DNA of 64,000 nt from Bacillota bacterium (GCA_029961055.1 JASBVM010000005.1:65487-129486); one strand, 5' to 3'; shown: positions 47,677-57,857, numbered from the stretch's first letter. Made by a program: numbers and translations. The notes: a model not told the origin generated them from the sequence alone.

Positions 47677-48408
47677 TCAGCCGAAGGCGGAGATGGCGCG
47701 CGCCAGCGCGTAGGCGACCGCCGCCGCGACGCCGCCCACCAGCGCCGTCTGCGCGGAGGAGCGGAGGGGAGGGACGCCGGTGAAGCTCCCCTTGAGCCAG
47801 CCGAAGACGAGGAGGGCGCCCAGGGTGACCGCGGCCGAGAGGAGGAGCGCGCTGTGCGTGGGGATCGGCAGGAGGTAGGGCGCCAGCGGGATGATGCCGC
47901 CGGCCACGTAGCTGCCGCCGATGGTCAGCCCGGAGCGGCGGGCACGGCCGGGCTCGGGCTCCTCCAGGCCCAGCTCCTCCCGCATCATGAAGCGGACCCA
48001 GGCCTCGCGGTCGGAGGCGACGGCGCCCACCGCCTGCTCCAGCGTGGCACCCTGCAGGCCGTAGCGCTCGAAGATCTCGCGCACCTCCTGGCGCTCCACC
48101 TCCGGCAGCTCCGCGACCTCCTGCCGCTCGCGCCGCAGCTCGCTCTCGTAGGTCTCACGCTCGCTCCGAGCCGCCAGGTAGCCGCCCAGGCCCATGCTGA
48201 TCGCACCGGCGGCCAGCTCGGCGAAACCCGCGACGACGACCAGGAAGTTCTGCGCCACGGCTCCCGAGATTCCGGCCGCCAGGGCGAAGGGGACCGTCAG
48301 GCCGTCGGACATGCCGAGGATGATGTCGCGGATCCAGGCGCCACCGGTGAAGTGCTGCTCGACGTGCTTGCCCCGGGTCGTCTCCATGACCCTGACCGCC
48401 TCCTCCAC
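47677..48408 (-). CDS. VIT1/CCC1-family Fe/Mn transporter
   Basis: WIRDIILGMSDGLTVPFALAAGISGA, an internal metal-binding acidic helix region (ERETYESELRRERQEV...EVERQEVREIFERYG) and C-terminal TM helices. The start may be an internal Met. Confidence 0.8.
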   Translation of the reverse strand: MEEAVRVMETTRGKHVEQHFTGGAWIRDIILGMSDGLTVPFALAAGISGAVAQNFLVVVAGFAELAAGAISMGLGGYLAARSERETYESELRRERQEVAELPEVERQEVREIFERYGLQGATLEQAVGAVASDREAWVRFMMREELGLEEPEPGRARRSGLTIGGSYVAGGIIPLAPYLLPIPTHSALLLSAAVTLGALLVFGWLKGSFTGVPPLRSSAQTALVGGVAAAVAYALARAISAFG

Positions 48409-48416
48409 CAGGGTGG

Positions 48417-49235
48417 ATGATAACCTACGCGGGATGGGAGGTGCTCGACGTGCGACTGGAGGTACTCGGCTTCTGGGGGGGCTATCCTGGCCCCGGCGGC
48501 GCCAGCGCGGGCTACCTGCTCTCCGGGGAGGAGGCCGGTGGGGGCGAGATCCTGCTGGACTGCGGCTCCGGCGTGCTCGGCCGGCTGCTGGCGAGCGAGG
48601 GGCTGGACGGTTTGCGGCGGCTCAAGGCGGTCTTCCTCTCCCACCTCCACCACGACCATGCGGCCGATCTGGGTGTCCTCTCCCAGGCGCTCGTGGTGGA
48701 GTCGTATCGCGGTTTCACCCGGGCGCCCCTGCCCGTCTACGCGCCCGAGCAGGCGCTGGAGCGCGCCCGCTTCTACCTGGCCGGGGATCCCTGGACGGAG
48801 CTCCGGCCGCTCCGCGTGGGCGAGAGCGTCCAGGAAGGGGCCTTCCGGGTGGAGGTGGCCCCGGCCCGCCACCCGGTGCCCGCGCTCGCCCTCCGCGTCG
48901 AGAGCGGCGGCGCCAGCCTGGTCTACACCGGCGACACCGCCACCAGCCCGGAGGTGGAGGCGCTGGCCGCGGGCAGCGACCTCCTCCTGGCCGAGGCCAC
49001 GCTCCGTGCGGGCGAGGACGGTTCCCGGGCGGGCCACCTGACGGCGGAAGAGGCCGGCAAGATGGCGCGGCGGGCGGGAGTGGCCGCCCTGCTGATCACG
49101 CACCTGCCTCCCTTCGGCGACCTCGAACGGCTGGAGAGGGAAGCGCGCGAGGCGTTCGCCGGCCCGACGCGGCGGGCGCGGGAGGGGCTGAGCCTGGAGG
49201 TGGGGAGCGAGCGCGGCCGCGACGACGGCTCCTAG
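48417..49235 (+). CDS. MBL-fold metallo-hydrolase
   Basis: LDCGSGV and HLHHDHAADLG (HxHxDH motif) with GDTA. The probable start is GTG 48450 (VRLEVLGFWGG). Confidence 0.75.
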   Translation: MITYAGWEVLDVRLEVLGFWGGYPGPGGASAGYLLSGEEAGGGEILLDCGSGVLGRLLASEGLDGLRRLKAVFLSHLHHDHAADLGVLSQALVVESYRGFTRAPLPVYAPEQALERARFYLAGDPWTELRPLRVGESVQEGAFRVEVAPARHPVPALALRVESGGASLVYTGDTATSPEVEALAAGSDLLLAEATLRAGEDGSRAGHLTAEEAGKMARRAGVAALLITHLPPFGDLERLEREAREAFAGPTRRAREGLSLEVGSERGRDDGS

Positions 49236-49269
49236 CCCGCAGGCGCGACCGGGGCGGGGAGGACGACGA

Positions 49270-50295
49270 CTACTCCGGGCCCATCGCCGGATTCCGGCCC
49301 TTGAAGACGGCGAAGAGGAGAGCCAACGCCGGCACCAGCAGCAGGAGGCCCCAGGGCAGGAGGGCGAGCACCTGGCGGAGGACCGCGCCGGGAGCCGCGG
49401 CGGCGGCGGCGGTCCATTCGCCGGCGACCAGCCAGGGCCACGAGGCGGCGGCCCAACCGGCCCAGACCAGGAGGACGAGGCTGCCGGTCCAGAGGCGGGC
49501 CACCTCGGGGTGCCGGAGGGCCAGGGCGACCGCGTCCAGGACGGCGGCCAGCGCCGCCAGCAGGACCCAGGGCAGGCCGGGGCCCCCGGCGAGGCGCGGG
49601 CCCAGCCAGGGCGCCGCCTGCTGCGCGGCGACCAGTGCCAGCGCCGCCAGCAGCGCGAAGACCGCCAGGCTTCTCGTGGCGCGCCGGAGAAAACGGCGGC
49701 GGAGCTCGTCCCGGCTTTCCACCGCCAGGTAGACCGCCGCCTCCAGCGCTCCGGCGGCCACCGTGGCGAGACCGACCAGCACGGCGAAGGGCGACCACCA
49801 GACCAGCCCCGGTTGCGCCGCGGCGGCCAGGCTCAGCCCCAGGAAGAAGGGCGCGATCAGGCTGCCGGCGCCGAAGACGGCGCCCCACCGGTCGGCGGCG
49901 GGATCGCCGCCGGCGGCCTTCCGGCCGTGGGCAAGGAAGACGAAGGCGGCCCCGCGCAGGATGATGCCGGCCAGCGCCAGGTGGAGCGGGACGAAGAGCC
50001 CCGTGCCCAGCCGGGCGAAGGCGCGGGGGAAGGCGGTGAAGAGGAGGACCAGCGCGAAGATCAGCCAGACGTGGTTCGCCTCCCAGACCGGTCCCATGCC
50101 GCGCGCCACCGCCCGCCGCTCGGCCGTCGCCCACCCGCCCCTGGCGACCAGGTTCCACAGCCCGGCGCCGAAGTCGGCCAGGCCGAAGAGCGCGTAGACC
50201 CCGAGGACCACGGCCAGGAGGAGCCCGGCCGCTGCCACGGGCCCTCCCTGCCCGTCCGGGATGGAAACCGGCAGTCCGCCCGGTTCAGTGGGCAC
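49270..50295 (-). CDS. cydB: Cytochrome bd ubiquinol oxidase subunit II
   Basis: ADFGAGLW and GPVWEANHVWLIFALVLLF in a multi-TM protein. Overlaps the cydA stop. Confidence 0.8.
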   Translation of the reverse strand: MPTEPGGLPVSIPDGQGGPVAAAGLLLAVVLGVYALFGLADFGAGLWNLVARGGWATAERRAVARGMGPVWEANHVWLIFALVLLFTAFPRAFARLGTGLFVPLHLALAGIILRGAAFVFLAHGRKAAGGDPAADRWGAVFGAGSLIAPFFLGLSLAAAAQPGLVWWSPFAVLVGLATVAAGALEAAVYLAVESRDELRRRFLRRATRSLAVFALLAALALVAAQQAAPWLGPRLAGGPGLPWVLLAALAAVLDAVALALRHPEVARLWTGSLVLLVWAGWAAASWPWLVAGEWTAAAAAAPGAVLRQVLALLPWGLLLLVPALALLFAVFKGRNPAMGPE

Positions 50296-51637
50296 GCTGG
50301 GGCACCCCCGGAAGCGCGGGCTCCTCCCGCAAGGCGTCGCCCGGCCCTTCCCCGGGATCGGGCGAAGCGGAGTCCAGCCGCCGCAGGAAGTAGACCACGG
50401 CCGCGCTCAGCGCGGCGTAGAAGAGGATGAAGCCCAGGAGGCTGAAGGAGATCCCGCCGCCGGTGGTGACGGCGTCGGCGGTGGACATCAGGCCGGCCAC
50501 CGCCCAGGGCTGCCGGCCGAACTCGGTCACGAACCAGCCGGTCTCCAGGGCGACGAAGCCGAAGGGCGAGGCCGCCACCAGGAGGCGGAGCGACCAGCGC
50601 GGTGGCCGGCTCCGGGCCGCGCGGAGCCAGAAGAGGAGGGCGGCCACCACCAGGAGCAGGCTGCTCCCCACCATGACCTGGAAGCTCACGTGGGTCACGG
50701 TGACCGGGGGCCAGCGCGACGGGGGGACGGCGTCGAGGCCGCGCACCGTCGCGTCGCCCCTGCGGAAGGCGAGCCAGCTGAGGCCGGCGGGGATCTCCAG
50801 CGCCCAGCGAACGGTCCGGCGCGCCGGGTCGGGCAGGCCGCCGATGCGCAGCGGCGCCGCCGCCCGGGTCGTGAACTGGGCCTCCATGGCGGCCAGCTTG
50901 ACCGGCTCGCGCACCGCCACCTGACGGGCGCTGGCGTCGCCGGAGACCGGCATGGCGACGGCCCCCACCAGCGCCACCAGCATGGCCAGCCGCAGGCCCG
51001 CCAGCCGCTCGGCCCGGAGGGGCCCCTCCGGTTCGCGCAGGAGGCGCCAGGCCGTCCATCCGGCCACGGCGTAGGCGGCGGCCGTCCAGGCGGCCAGCGT
51101 CGCGTGCACCGCCATCCGCGGCCAGACGGGGTTGCCGAGGGCGGCGCCCAGCGGATCGCTGGCCGCCGTCCGGGCCCCGTACGGGACCTGCATCCAGGCG
51201 TTGGCGGCCGTCACCAGCACGCTGGAGGCGGAACCCGCGACGGCCACCACCAGGCCGCTCAGCCAGTGCCCCCACGCCGGCAACCGCTCCCACCCGTAGA
51301 GGTAGAGCCCGAGGAAGATCGCCTCCGCAAAGAAGGCGAAGCCCTCCAGGAAGAAGGCCATCCCCAGGACCGGCCCGGCGAAGCCCATCAGCCGCGGCCA
51401 GAGGAGCCCCAGCTCGAAGGAGAGGGCCGTGCCGCTGACCGCGCCGACCGCGAAGAGGACGGCGGTCACCCCCGACCAGCGCCGGGCCAGCTGCAGGTGG
51501 ACCGGCGAGCGCCGCAGCAGCCCCAGCCCCTCCGCCAGCACCATCAGGAGCGGCAGCGTCACCCCGAAGGCGGCGAAGAGCATGTGCCACCCCAGGGAGA
51601 TCCCCATCTGCCAGCGCGCCGCCAGCAGGTCGCTCAT
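50285..51637 (-). CDS. cydA: Cytochrome bd ubiquinol oxidase subunit I
   Basis: MSDLLAARWQMGISLGWHMLFAAFGVTLPLLMVLAEGL... with Q-loop and heme-ligand regions. ATG at 51637 preceded by GGAGGAGG. The track ORF extends spuriously to 52750. Confidence 0.85.
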   Translation of the reverse strand: MSDLLAARWQMGISLGWHMLFAAFGVTLPLLMVLAEGLGLLRRSPVHLQLARRWSGVTAVLFAVGAVSGTALSFELGLLWPRLMGFAGPVLGMAFFLEGFAFFAEAIFLGLYLYGWERLPAWGHWLSGLVVAVAGSASSVLVTAANAWMQVPYGARTAASDPLGAALGNPVWPRMAVHATLAAWTAAAYAVAGWTAWRLLREPEGPLRAERLAGLRLAMLVALVGAVAMPVSGDASARQVAVREPVKLAAMEAQFTTRAAAPLRIGGLPDPARRTVRWALEIPAGLSWLAFRRGDATVRGLDAVPPSRWPPVTVTHVSFQVMVGSSLLLVVAALLFWLRAARSRPPRWSLRLLVAASPFGFVALETGWFVTEFGRQPWAVAGLMSTADAVTTGGGISFSLLGFILFYAALSAAVVYFLRRLDSASPDPGEGPGDALREEPALPGVPQRAH

Positions 51638-51769
51638 CCGGCCTCCTCCTCCGCCGGCTAGTCTTCCCCGCCCGGGCTCGTTCCCGCCCCTGCCGGCGCC
51701 GGGAGCGGCTAGACTGGGGAGGAGGCGAGCGTCCGGGCCGCGGAGGGCCGGACGGGGAGGTGAGAGGCC

Positions 51770-52645
51770 TTGGCCGTTCCTTCGCGGAGGGCGGGAGGAA
51801 GCCCGCTCCACCTCCGGAGCGTGGAGCCTCCGGACCCGGACCCCGGGCGACCGGTGCTCCTGCTCCTTCCCGGGGCGGGCGCGGACCACCGCTCCTGGGG
51901 AGCGGAGCTGGCGGACTGGGGGCGCAGCTGGCGGGTTCTGGCGCCGGATCCGCCCGGGACCGGGCGGAGTGCGGGGCCGCTTCCCGCCGATTGGGAGGAG
52001 CTGCTGGCGGCCTACGCCCCCCTGGCGGAGGCCGCCGGACCGGGCAGGCTGGTGCTGGTGGGCCTCAGCCTGGGCAGCCGGGCCGCGCTCTCCCTGGCGG
52101 CCCGCCTGCCCAGGCGCCCCGCCGCCCTGGTGCTGGTCCACCCCTGGCTCGACGAGGACGGCGACCTGCGCGAGCGGAGACGGGCGGTGGCCGAGATGGT
52201 CCGCTGGGCGCCCGAGACGGTCTACTCGCGCACCCTGGCCTGGTTCCTGGGCTCGGCCGAGCTGGCGGAGGACCCCGACCGGCTGGAGCGGCTGGCCGCC
52301 GCCTGGCGCCCGCCGGCGGGCCCCCCGCGGGAGGCGCTCCTGGCCTACCTGGAGCTGGCGCCGGAGGTGGTGAGGCCGGAGGCGATCCCCGCCGTGCCCG
52401 CCCTGGTGGTGGCGGGCGAGCAGGACCGGATGATTCCGGCCCGCTACAGCCGGCAGCTGGCCGACCGGCTGCCCGGCGCCCGCTGGCTTCTCTTCCGCGG
52501 CCCGGGGAGCGGGCACCTGCTCCACCTGGAGCGGGCGGGGGAGTTCCGGCGGGCGGTGCGAACCTTTCTCGAGGAGGTTCTGGAGGCGCCCGCCCCGGCC
52601 GGCGCGGGCGCCCGGGGGAGGCGGCCGGATGGCGCGAACCGCTGA
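51770..52645 (+). CDS. Alpha/beta-fold hydrolase
   Basis: [16 protein letters not shown] and nucleophile elbow [12 protein letters not shown]. Confidence 0.7.
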   Translation: MAVPSRRAGGSPLHLRSVEPPDPDPGRPVLLLLPGAGADHRSWGAELADWGRSWRVLAPDPPGTGRSAGPLPADWEELLAAYAPLAEAAGPGRLVLVGLSLGSRAALSLAARLPRRPAALVLVHPWLDEDGDLRERRRAVAEMVRWAPETVYSRTLAWFLGSAELAEDPDRLERLAAAWRPPAGPPREALLAYLELAPEVVRPEAIPAVPALVVAGEQDRMIPARYSRQLADRLPGARWLLFRGPGSGHLLHLERAGEFRRAVRTFLEEVLEAPAPAGAGARGRRPDGANR

Positions 52646-53369
52646 GTGGGCCGGAGAGGAAGGGGCCTGGCGCAGCCACGTGGAGCAGGTGGTCCACTGC
52701 CGGCTCTGCCCCCGCCTGGTCGCCTGGCGCGAGGAAGTGGCCCGGACCAAGGTCCGCCGCTACCGCGACCAGCCCTACTGGGGACGCCCGGTCCCCGGCT
52801 TCGGCGACCGGCAGGCGCGCCTCCTCCTGCTGGGGCTGGCGCCGGCCGCCCACGGCGCCAACCGGACCGGGCGCATGTTCACCGGCGACGATTCCGGCGA
52901 CTTCCTGATCGCGGCGCTCCACCGCGCCGGCCTGGCCAACCAGCCCTTCAGCCGCTCGGCCGGGGACGGCCTTCGCCTGAGGGACTGCTTCCTGACCGCG
53001 CCCGTCCGCTGCGCCCCGCCCGGGAACCGCCCCACCCGCGAGGAGATCCTGGCCTGCCGCCCGCACCTGCGCCGCGAGCTGGCGCTGCTGCCGCGGGTGC
53101 GCGCCGTCCTGGCGCTGGGCCGCGTCGCCTGGGAGGTGGCTCGGGAGGAGTGGGGCGCCTCCATGCCGCCGGGAGAACGCTGGCCCTCCTTCGCGCACGG
53201 GCAGGTGGCGCGGCCGCTGGGCGGCCCGGCCGTGGTGGCGAGCTACCACCCGAGCCGGCAGAACACCCAAACCGGTCGGCTGACGGCCACCATGTTCGAC
53301 CAGGCGCTGGCCACGGCGCTCCGCCTGGCCCGCGGGGGGAGCGGGCAGGCGGCGGGAGAGGCCGTTTGA
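52629..53369 (+). CDS. Uracil-DNA glycosylase, family 4/5 (Fe-S UDG)
   Basis: CRLCPRL, GEAPG-like [26 protein letters not shown] and HPS at the C-terminus. Confidence 0.8.
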   Translation: MARTAEWAGEEGAWRSHVEQVVHCRLCPRLVAWREEVARTKVRRYRDQPYWGRPVPGFGDRQARLLLLGLAPAAHGANRTGRMFTGDDSGDFLIAALHRAGLANQPFSRSAGDGLRLRDCFLTAPVRCAPPGNRPTREEILACRPHLRRELALLPRVRAVLALGRVAWEVAREEWGASMPPGERWPSFAHGQVARPLGGPAVVASYHPSRQNTQTGRLTATMFDQALATALRLARGGSGQAAGEAV

Positions 53370-54304
53370 AGGCTCCGCGGCGGAGCGCCCATGCCTGCCT
53401 GGAGCGCCTCCTGGGCGAGCCACTCCTCGCGTGGCGGCGGTTGGCGCCCGACTACGCCGGCCATACCAACCACGTCTGGAGCGTGGAGACGCCCACGCGG
53501 CGCCTGGTAGTCCGGCTGCCGCGCCGCCGGGCGGAACGCGTGGCGGGGAGCACGGCCTTCTGGGCGGGCGTCCGCCGGCTCTTCGGGCTCCGGCCGGACG
53601 ACGTGGCCGCCATCGCGGAGGGTTATCTCTGGCTCTCCGGGGTCGAGGGGCTCCCCGTCCCGAGGCCGCTCAGCCTGGGCCTCCACCCCCGGCCGCACCT
53701 GGTGGTGGAGTGGCTGGCGGGGAGGATGCCGCGGTCGCTGGACGGGCTGGGCGACCAGCTCGGCTCGCTGGTGGCGCTTCTCCACAGCCGGCGGAGCCGG
53801 GGGTGGGGGCGGCCCGGCGCGGCAGAACGACCGCCGGCACGGTTTCACCCGGCCCTGCAGGCGGCGATGGCGGAGCAGGCCAGGGGGTTGGCCGAGGCCA
53901 AGCCGGCGCTGAAGGTGGAGCTGGCGCGGGCGGAGGCCGCGCTCCGGGCCCTCCCCGCTCCGGGATGGATGGCCCCGGTCCTGCTGGACTGGGACCACAG
54001 CCAGCTGCTGGTCGACCGCGGCCGGGTGAGCGGCATCGTCGACCTGGACGCGCTGGCCGTCGCCCCCCGCGAGCTGGACCTGGCCGCCTGGGAGCTCCTC
54101 CTGCCGCCGGCGGAGGCCGCGGCCTTCCAGGAGGCGTACCGGCGGCGGCTCCCCTGGCCCGCCCTCGCCCCCGTCCGGCAGCCGTACCGGCTCTGGCTCT
54201 GGCTGATCGAGTTCCAGGGGCGCGTGCCGCTGGACGACTGGCTGGCCCGGCCGGGCTTCGCCGACCCGGCCGGCGCCGCGATCTCGCCGCGAAGGGGGTC
54301 GTGA
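53366..54304 (+). CDS. Aminoglycoside-phosphotransferase (APH)/choline-kinase-family protein
   Basis: GHTNHVWSV with [12 protein letters not shown]...IVDLD (Brenner/HGD and DxD motifs). Start assignment (TTG 53366) is uncertain. Confidence 0.6.
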   Translation: MKAPRRSAHACLERLLGEPLLAWRRLAPDYAGHTNHVWSVETPTRRLVVRLPRRRAERVAGSTAFWAGVRRLFGLRPDDVAAIAEGYLWLSGVEGLPVPRPLSLGLHPRPHLVVEWLAGRMPRSLDGLGDQLGSLVALLHSRRSRGWGRPGAAERPPARFHPALQAAMAEQARGLAEAKPALKVELARAEAALRALPAPGWMAPVLLDWDHSQLLVDRGRVSGIVDLDALAVAPRELDLAAWELLLPPAEAAAFQEAYRRRLPWPALAPVRQPYRLWLWLIEFQGRVPLDDWLARPGFADPAGAAISPRRGS

Positions 54305-54308
54305 GGGG

Positions 54309-54605
54309 ATGCCGCCGGTGGCCGTGGCACGGGTCCGGATCAACCTGCCCGCCTCCCGCAGCCTGAAGGAGAAGCGCGCCGTCCTCCGGGCCCTTCTGGA
54401 CCGGATGCGACGCCGCTTCAACGTCTCGGCCGCCGAGGTGGGCGCCCAGGACGCCCACCACCTGGCCGAGATCGGCATCGCCGTGGTCAGCGGCGAGCCG
54501 TCGGTGGCGCGCCGGGTGCTGGACGAGGTGATCCAGTTCCTGGAGACCAGCGTGGAGCTGGACGGCCGGGCCGAGGTCCTGCGCGTGGAGACCGGGCTCC
54601 GCTAG
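54309..54605 (+). CDS. DUF503 (YlxP-like) protein
   Basis: 98 aa; RINLPASRSLKEKRAVLRALLDRMRRRFNVSAAEVGAQD...AEIGIAVVS. Confidence 0.7.
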   Translation: MPPVAVARVRINLPASRSLKEKRAVLRALLDRMRRRFNVSAAEVGAQDAHHLAEIGIAVVSGEPSVARRVLDEVIQFLETSVELDGRAEVLRVETGLR

Positions 54606-54619
54606 CCCGGCCGGCGGTT

Positions 54620-55021
54620 TCAGGGCTTGGGCACGCTCTCCTCGATCATCTCGGCGATGGTCCGGGTGGAACTGACGGTGCGCACGCCGATGCGCCGGAA
54701 GATCTCCTCGTTGCGGGGGTCGTTCACCCGGGCGATGACGTGGGTGCGGGTCTTGAAGGCGATGGCGATGCGGGAGATGGCATAGTTGTCCTCGTCGTGG
54801 CCGCTGGCCGCGATCACCACGTCCGCACGCTCGATGCCGGCCTCGCGCAGCGTCTCCGGGTTGGCCCCGTCGCCCACCAGGACCGCGCCACTCAGCGCCC
54901 GCACCAGCCACTGGGCCCGTTCGGGCTGCTTCTCGATCAGGGTCACCTCGTGACCGCTCTGGATCAGGTCCCGGGCGAGCGCGTAGCCGACCTTTCCACC
55001 GCCTACCACCAGCAGGTACAT
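54620..55021 (-). CDS. RCK_N (TrkA-N) NAD-binding domain protein
   Basis: MYLLVVGGGKVGYALARDLIQSGHEVTLIE Rossmann fold; 133 aa with only the RCK_N domain. Confidence 0.8.
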   Translation of the reverse strand: MYLLVVGGGKVGYALARDLIQSGHEVTLIEKQPERAQWLVRALSGAVLVGDGANPETLREAGIERADVVIAASGHDEDNYAISRIAIAFKTRTHVIARVNDPRNEEIFRRIGVRTVSSTRTIAEMIEESVPKP

Positions 55022-55036
55022 GGAGGCTTCCTCCCG

Positions 55037-55474
55037 TCAGGGGTTGTCGGACGCGTCCGTCCCCCGGCCCGAGGCGGGCTGCACGGCGCAGAGCAGCGCC
55101 TCCTGGACGCCCAGCTCGACCGGGACGATCACGTCGTAGCCGAACCGTTGGTAGACCTCGCTGCCCTCGGCGTCGTTGACGATCAGGACGATGCGGCGCG
55201 TGCCGAGGAGCATGTGCGCCACGTCCGCGATCATCAGGTTGGCGTTGTCGTTCTCGGTCGCCGCCAGGAGCAGGTCGGCGTCGGCGGCGCCCGCCTTGCG
55301 CAGAACTTCCCGGTCGAAGCCGAGCCCGGGGACGACGCGGACCCCGGGAAGCTCGGACAGCTGATCCAGCGCGGCGGTCCGCCGGTCGACGACGGTCACG
55401 TCGTCGCCCCGCTCCGAGAAGGCCCGCGCCAGGCGCCGGCCGATGCGACCGCATCCGACGACCACGATGCGCAT
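55037..55474 (-). CDS. RCK_N (TrkA-N) NAD-binding domain protein
   Basis: MRIVVVGCGRIGRRLARAFSERGDDVTVVD; 145 aa with only the RCK_N domain. Confidence 0.8.
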   Translation of the reverse strand: MRIVVVGCGRIGRRLARAFSERGDDVTVVDRRTAALDQLSELPGVRVVPGLGFDREVLRKAGAADADLLLAATENDNANLMIADVAHMLLGTRRIVLIVNDAEGSEVYQRFGYDVIVPVELGVQEALLCAVQPASGRGTDASDNP

Positions 55475-55477
55475 GAG

Positions 55478-56077
55478 CTACAGCACCTCCGACTCCTGCT
55501 GCTCTCGCGACCGCTCGGTTGCGCGCGGCCGAATGATGATAACTTCGCATCCCACCAGCGGCAACTCCCGCAGGAGACCTTCCAGCACCTCGCCCCGCTC
55601 GAAGGCCGACTCCTCCGCCACGCCGATGACGGCGATGTCGGCGCCCAGGCGGCGGACGAACTCCTTGGCCCCGTCCCAGTACTGCCGGGAGGGAACCACC
55701 CGGGTCACCGGGTGAAGCTCGAGGGAGCGGAGACCTTCCGCCAGCTCCGCCAGGAGGCCGCGCTCGATCTCCTCTTCCTGGGAGGGGGGGACGCTGAGGG
55801 AGCGGGTGAAAGGGATGCGGACCAGCGCCGCCAGGGTGACCTCCGCCTTGAGGGGTGCGGCCAGCCGGTGGGCGATGGCGACGGCGCTGGGTTCGGGCTT
55901 CCTGGGGTCGAGGAAGACCACGATGTGGCGGACGCCGCCCACCCGCGCCTCGGCCTCGGCCAGGACCCGGGGGATCGGCTTCGGGACGCGGCTCATCCAG
56001 ACGAAGTTGGCGATGGTGAGGAGCGCGATGAGCAGGGCGACCAGGATACCCGCGGCGTGTTCGGTCAGGAAACTCAC
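55478..56077 (-). CDS. Membrane-anchored universal-stress-protein (UspA)-like domain protein
   Basis: N-terminal TM helix (ILVALLIALLTIANFVW) and a Usp-like alpha/beta fold (HIVVFLDPRKPEPSAVAIA...ADIAVIGV...LPLVGCEVIIIRP). A 4-nt overlap with the upstream permease suggests an operon. Confidence 0.45.
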   Translation of the reverse strand: MSFLTEHAAGILVALLIALLTIANFVWMSRVPKPIPRVLAEAEARVGGVRHIVVFLDPRKPEPSAVAIAHRLAAPLKAEVTLAALVRIPFTRSLSVPPSQEEEIERGLLAELAEGLRSLELHPVTRVVPSRQYWDGAKEFVRRLGADIAVIGVAEESAFERGEVLEGLLRELPLVGCEVIIIRPRATERSREQQESEVL

Positions 56078-57702
56078 CGCGAGCCACCTTCCGGCCGCTC
56101 GGTACGCCCCTTGGCCACGGCCTGTTCATATTCCGCCAGCAGGTGGTACTCCTCCGCCGAAGCCAGGATCTCCTTGTGCTCGGCCACCCAATCCCGGGGC
56201 AGCGTGCGGATCCCGAGCCCCGACCGCTTCCGGAAGTAGACGAAGTAGAGAAGCCAGCCCAGCACCCAGACCGGCCCGAAGATCCGCCCCACGGCATGGG
56301 TGTAGAGCACCTCGAAGAGGACGACCAGCACGCCCACGAAACCGATGGCGGCCGGCAGGGGGAACAGGTACGGCCGCCCCTCTCGCGTCCTCAAGCGGAT
56401 GTTGAATGGAATCAGGAAGGGCCGCGGCACCTCCGGCTCCTTCCTCCGCAACGCGATCAGCGCCAGGAAGACCACCACGTACCCGAGCGTGGCGCCGAAG
56501 GCGTACATGTTGCCCAGCGTGTCCATGACGCTGGGCGTGGCGAAGGCGAAGAGCGTCCAGATCAGGCCGATGCCGGAGAAGAAGAGGATGGTCCGGGTCG
56601 GTGTGAAGTGGCGCGGATGCACGTAATCGAACCAGCTGGAGAGCAGGTTGTGATGGCTCATGGAATAGGTGAGGCGCGAGACGCTCATCACGCCGGAGTT
56701 GGCGGAGATCGCCAGGATGGCCGTCCCCATGGCCGCGGTCAGCGGGCCTGCCACGCTCCCGATGAACGGCATCTTGCGCGCCAGGAGGGTGACCGAATCC
56801 TGCTCGTGACCGGCGAAGGCGTGCCAGGGCAGCGTCCCGGTGGCCAGCACCGAGTAGCCGACGCTGGTGATGAAGATGGTGGCGATCAGGGTCAGGGTGC
56901 TGCGCGGAAGGATGCGGGAGGGATGGCGCGTCTCCTGCGCCGCCTGGGAGATGGATTCCAGGCCCACGAAGGAGATGATGGCCAGCGAGGAACCGTACAT
57001 GAACTGGTGGAGTGACGGCATCTCGTGGAAGAGCTGCTGGCCAAAGAACGGCGGTGCCCAGATCGTCGCGAAGCCGAGCAGGAGGATGACCATCTTCACG
57101 ATCATGGTGGCCACACCCACGACCTGGTTGAACATGTTCGACTCGCGCATGCCGAGCACGTTGATCCAGATCAGGAGCACGATCAGGGCCAGCGTCTCCA
57201 GCAGCCAGACCAGCTGCACCTGCAGACCCAGGAAGGGGACCCTGACGGCGGTCAGGTCGAATCCGGTGAACCCGGTGACCAATGCGTTCAGATACCCCGT
57301 GGAGGAGACCGCGAAGAGGGCGATGTCGATCGTATAGTCCAGGAGCAGGGCGCTCCCGGTGATGAAACCCCAGATGTCGCCCAGGCCGCGCGTGGCGAAG
57401 TACTGCCCGCCCCCCGCCACCGGGTAGGCGGATGCGAGCTCGGTATAGGCCAGCCCGATGAGGATGTAGACGAGTCCCGCCAGCGCGAAGGCAATGGGCG
57501 CCGCCCCCTGCGCCGCCACCGTCACCAGGCCGAGGCCGGCGAAGATGTCGGCGCCCACGTCGGAGAAGCCCCACATGTACGAGCCCCAGACGCTCACCTC
57601 GCGCCGGAGCTGCGAGGGTGCCATCGCCGTAGCCCCTGCGGTGGAGCTCTTGCCCGTCGTCGACGTAGCCACCCCTGCCCTTTCGAATGCGGATTGAGCC
57701 AT
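56074..57702 (-). CDS. APC-superfamily amino acid permease
   Basis: 543 aa with about 12 TM helices (GSYMWGFSDVGADIFAGLGLV...PIAFALAGLVYILIGLAYTELASAYPVAGGGQYF). ATG at 57702. The track ORF extends spuriously to 58314. Confidence 0.85.
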   Translation of the reverse strand: MAQSAFERAGVATSTTGKSSTAGATAMAPSQLRREVSVWGSYMWGFSDVGADIFAGLGLVTVAAQGAAPIAFALAGLVYILIGLAYTELASAYPVAGGGQYFATRGLGDIWGFITGSALLLDYTIDIALFAVSSTGYLNALVTGFTGFDLTAVRVPFLGLQVQLVWLLETLALIVLLIWINVLGMRESNMFNQVVGVATMIVKMVILLLGFATIWAPPFFGQQLFHEMPSLHQFMYGSSLAIISFVGLESISQAAQETRHPSRILPRSTLTLIATIFITSVGYSVLATGTLPWHAFAGHEQDSVTLLARKMPFIGSVAGPLTAAMGTAILAISANSGVMSVSRLTYSMSHHNLLSSWFDYVHPRHFTPTRTILFFSGIGLIWTLFAFATPSVMDTLGNMYAFGATLGYVVVFLALIALRRKEPEVPRPFLIPFNIRLRTREGRPYLFPLPAAIGFVGVLVVLFEVLYTHAVGRIFGPVWVLGWLLYFVYFRKRSGLGIRTLPRDWVAEHKEILASAEEYHLLAEYEQAVAKGRTERPEGGSR

Positions 57703-57857
57703 ATTCGTCCCGGCGCCCTCGAACCCTGCAGACCAGGGCGATTCTCGCATCCGGCCTCTTCGCCCGTCCGCCGGCGCGCGGGCAGGACCGCGACGGGGAC
57801 TCCGGTACAATATCTCCGCGCGCGTGAGCGCGTAAAGGGCGGGAGGGGGCAAGAGCC

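Noticed and set aside
46247-47700. Possible mobile element or island boundary at the transition from conserved synteny to accessory genes after recG
   Set aside because: No integrase, transposase, tRNA, or direct or inverted terminal repeats were seen. The flanking hairpins are ordinary convergent terminators.
51638-51769. Paired GGCTAGTCTTCCCC / GGCTAGACTGGGGA elements in the cydA-hydrolase divergent spacer as an operator
   Set aside because: The two copies are neither a clean inverted repeat nor a clean direct repeat, and no known Rex/CydR-type consensus (TTGTGA...TCACAA) was present. Evidence is insufficient.
53670-56297. 875-aa minus-strand ORF spanning the DUF503, TrkA-N and Usp region
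   Set aside because: It is a composite read-through frame. The real minus-strand genes (TrkA-N x2, Usp-like) are in other frames with proper RBSs and motifs.
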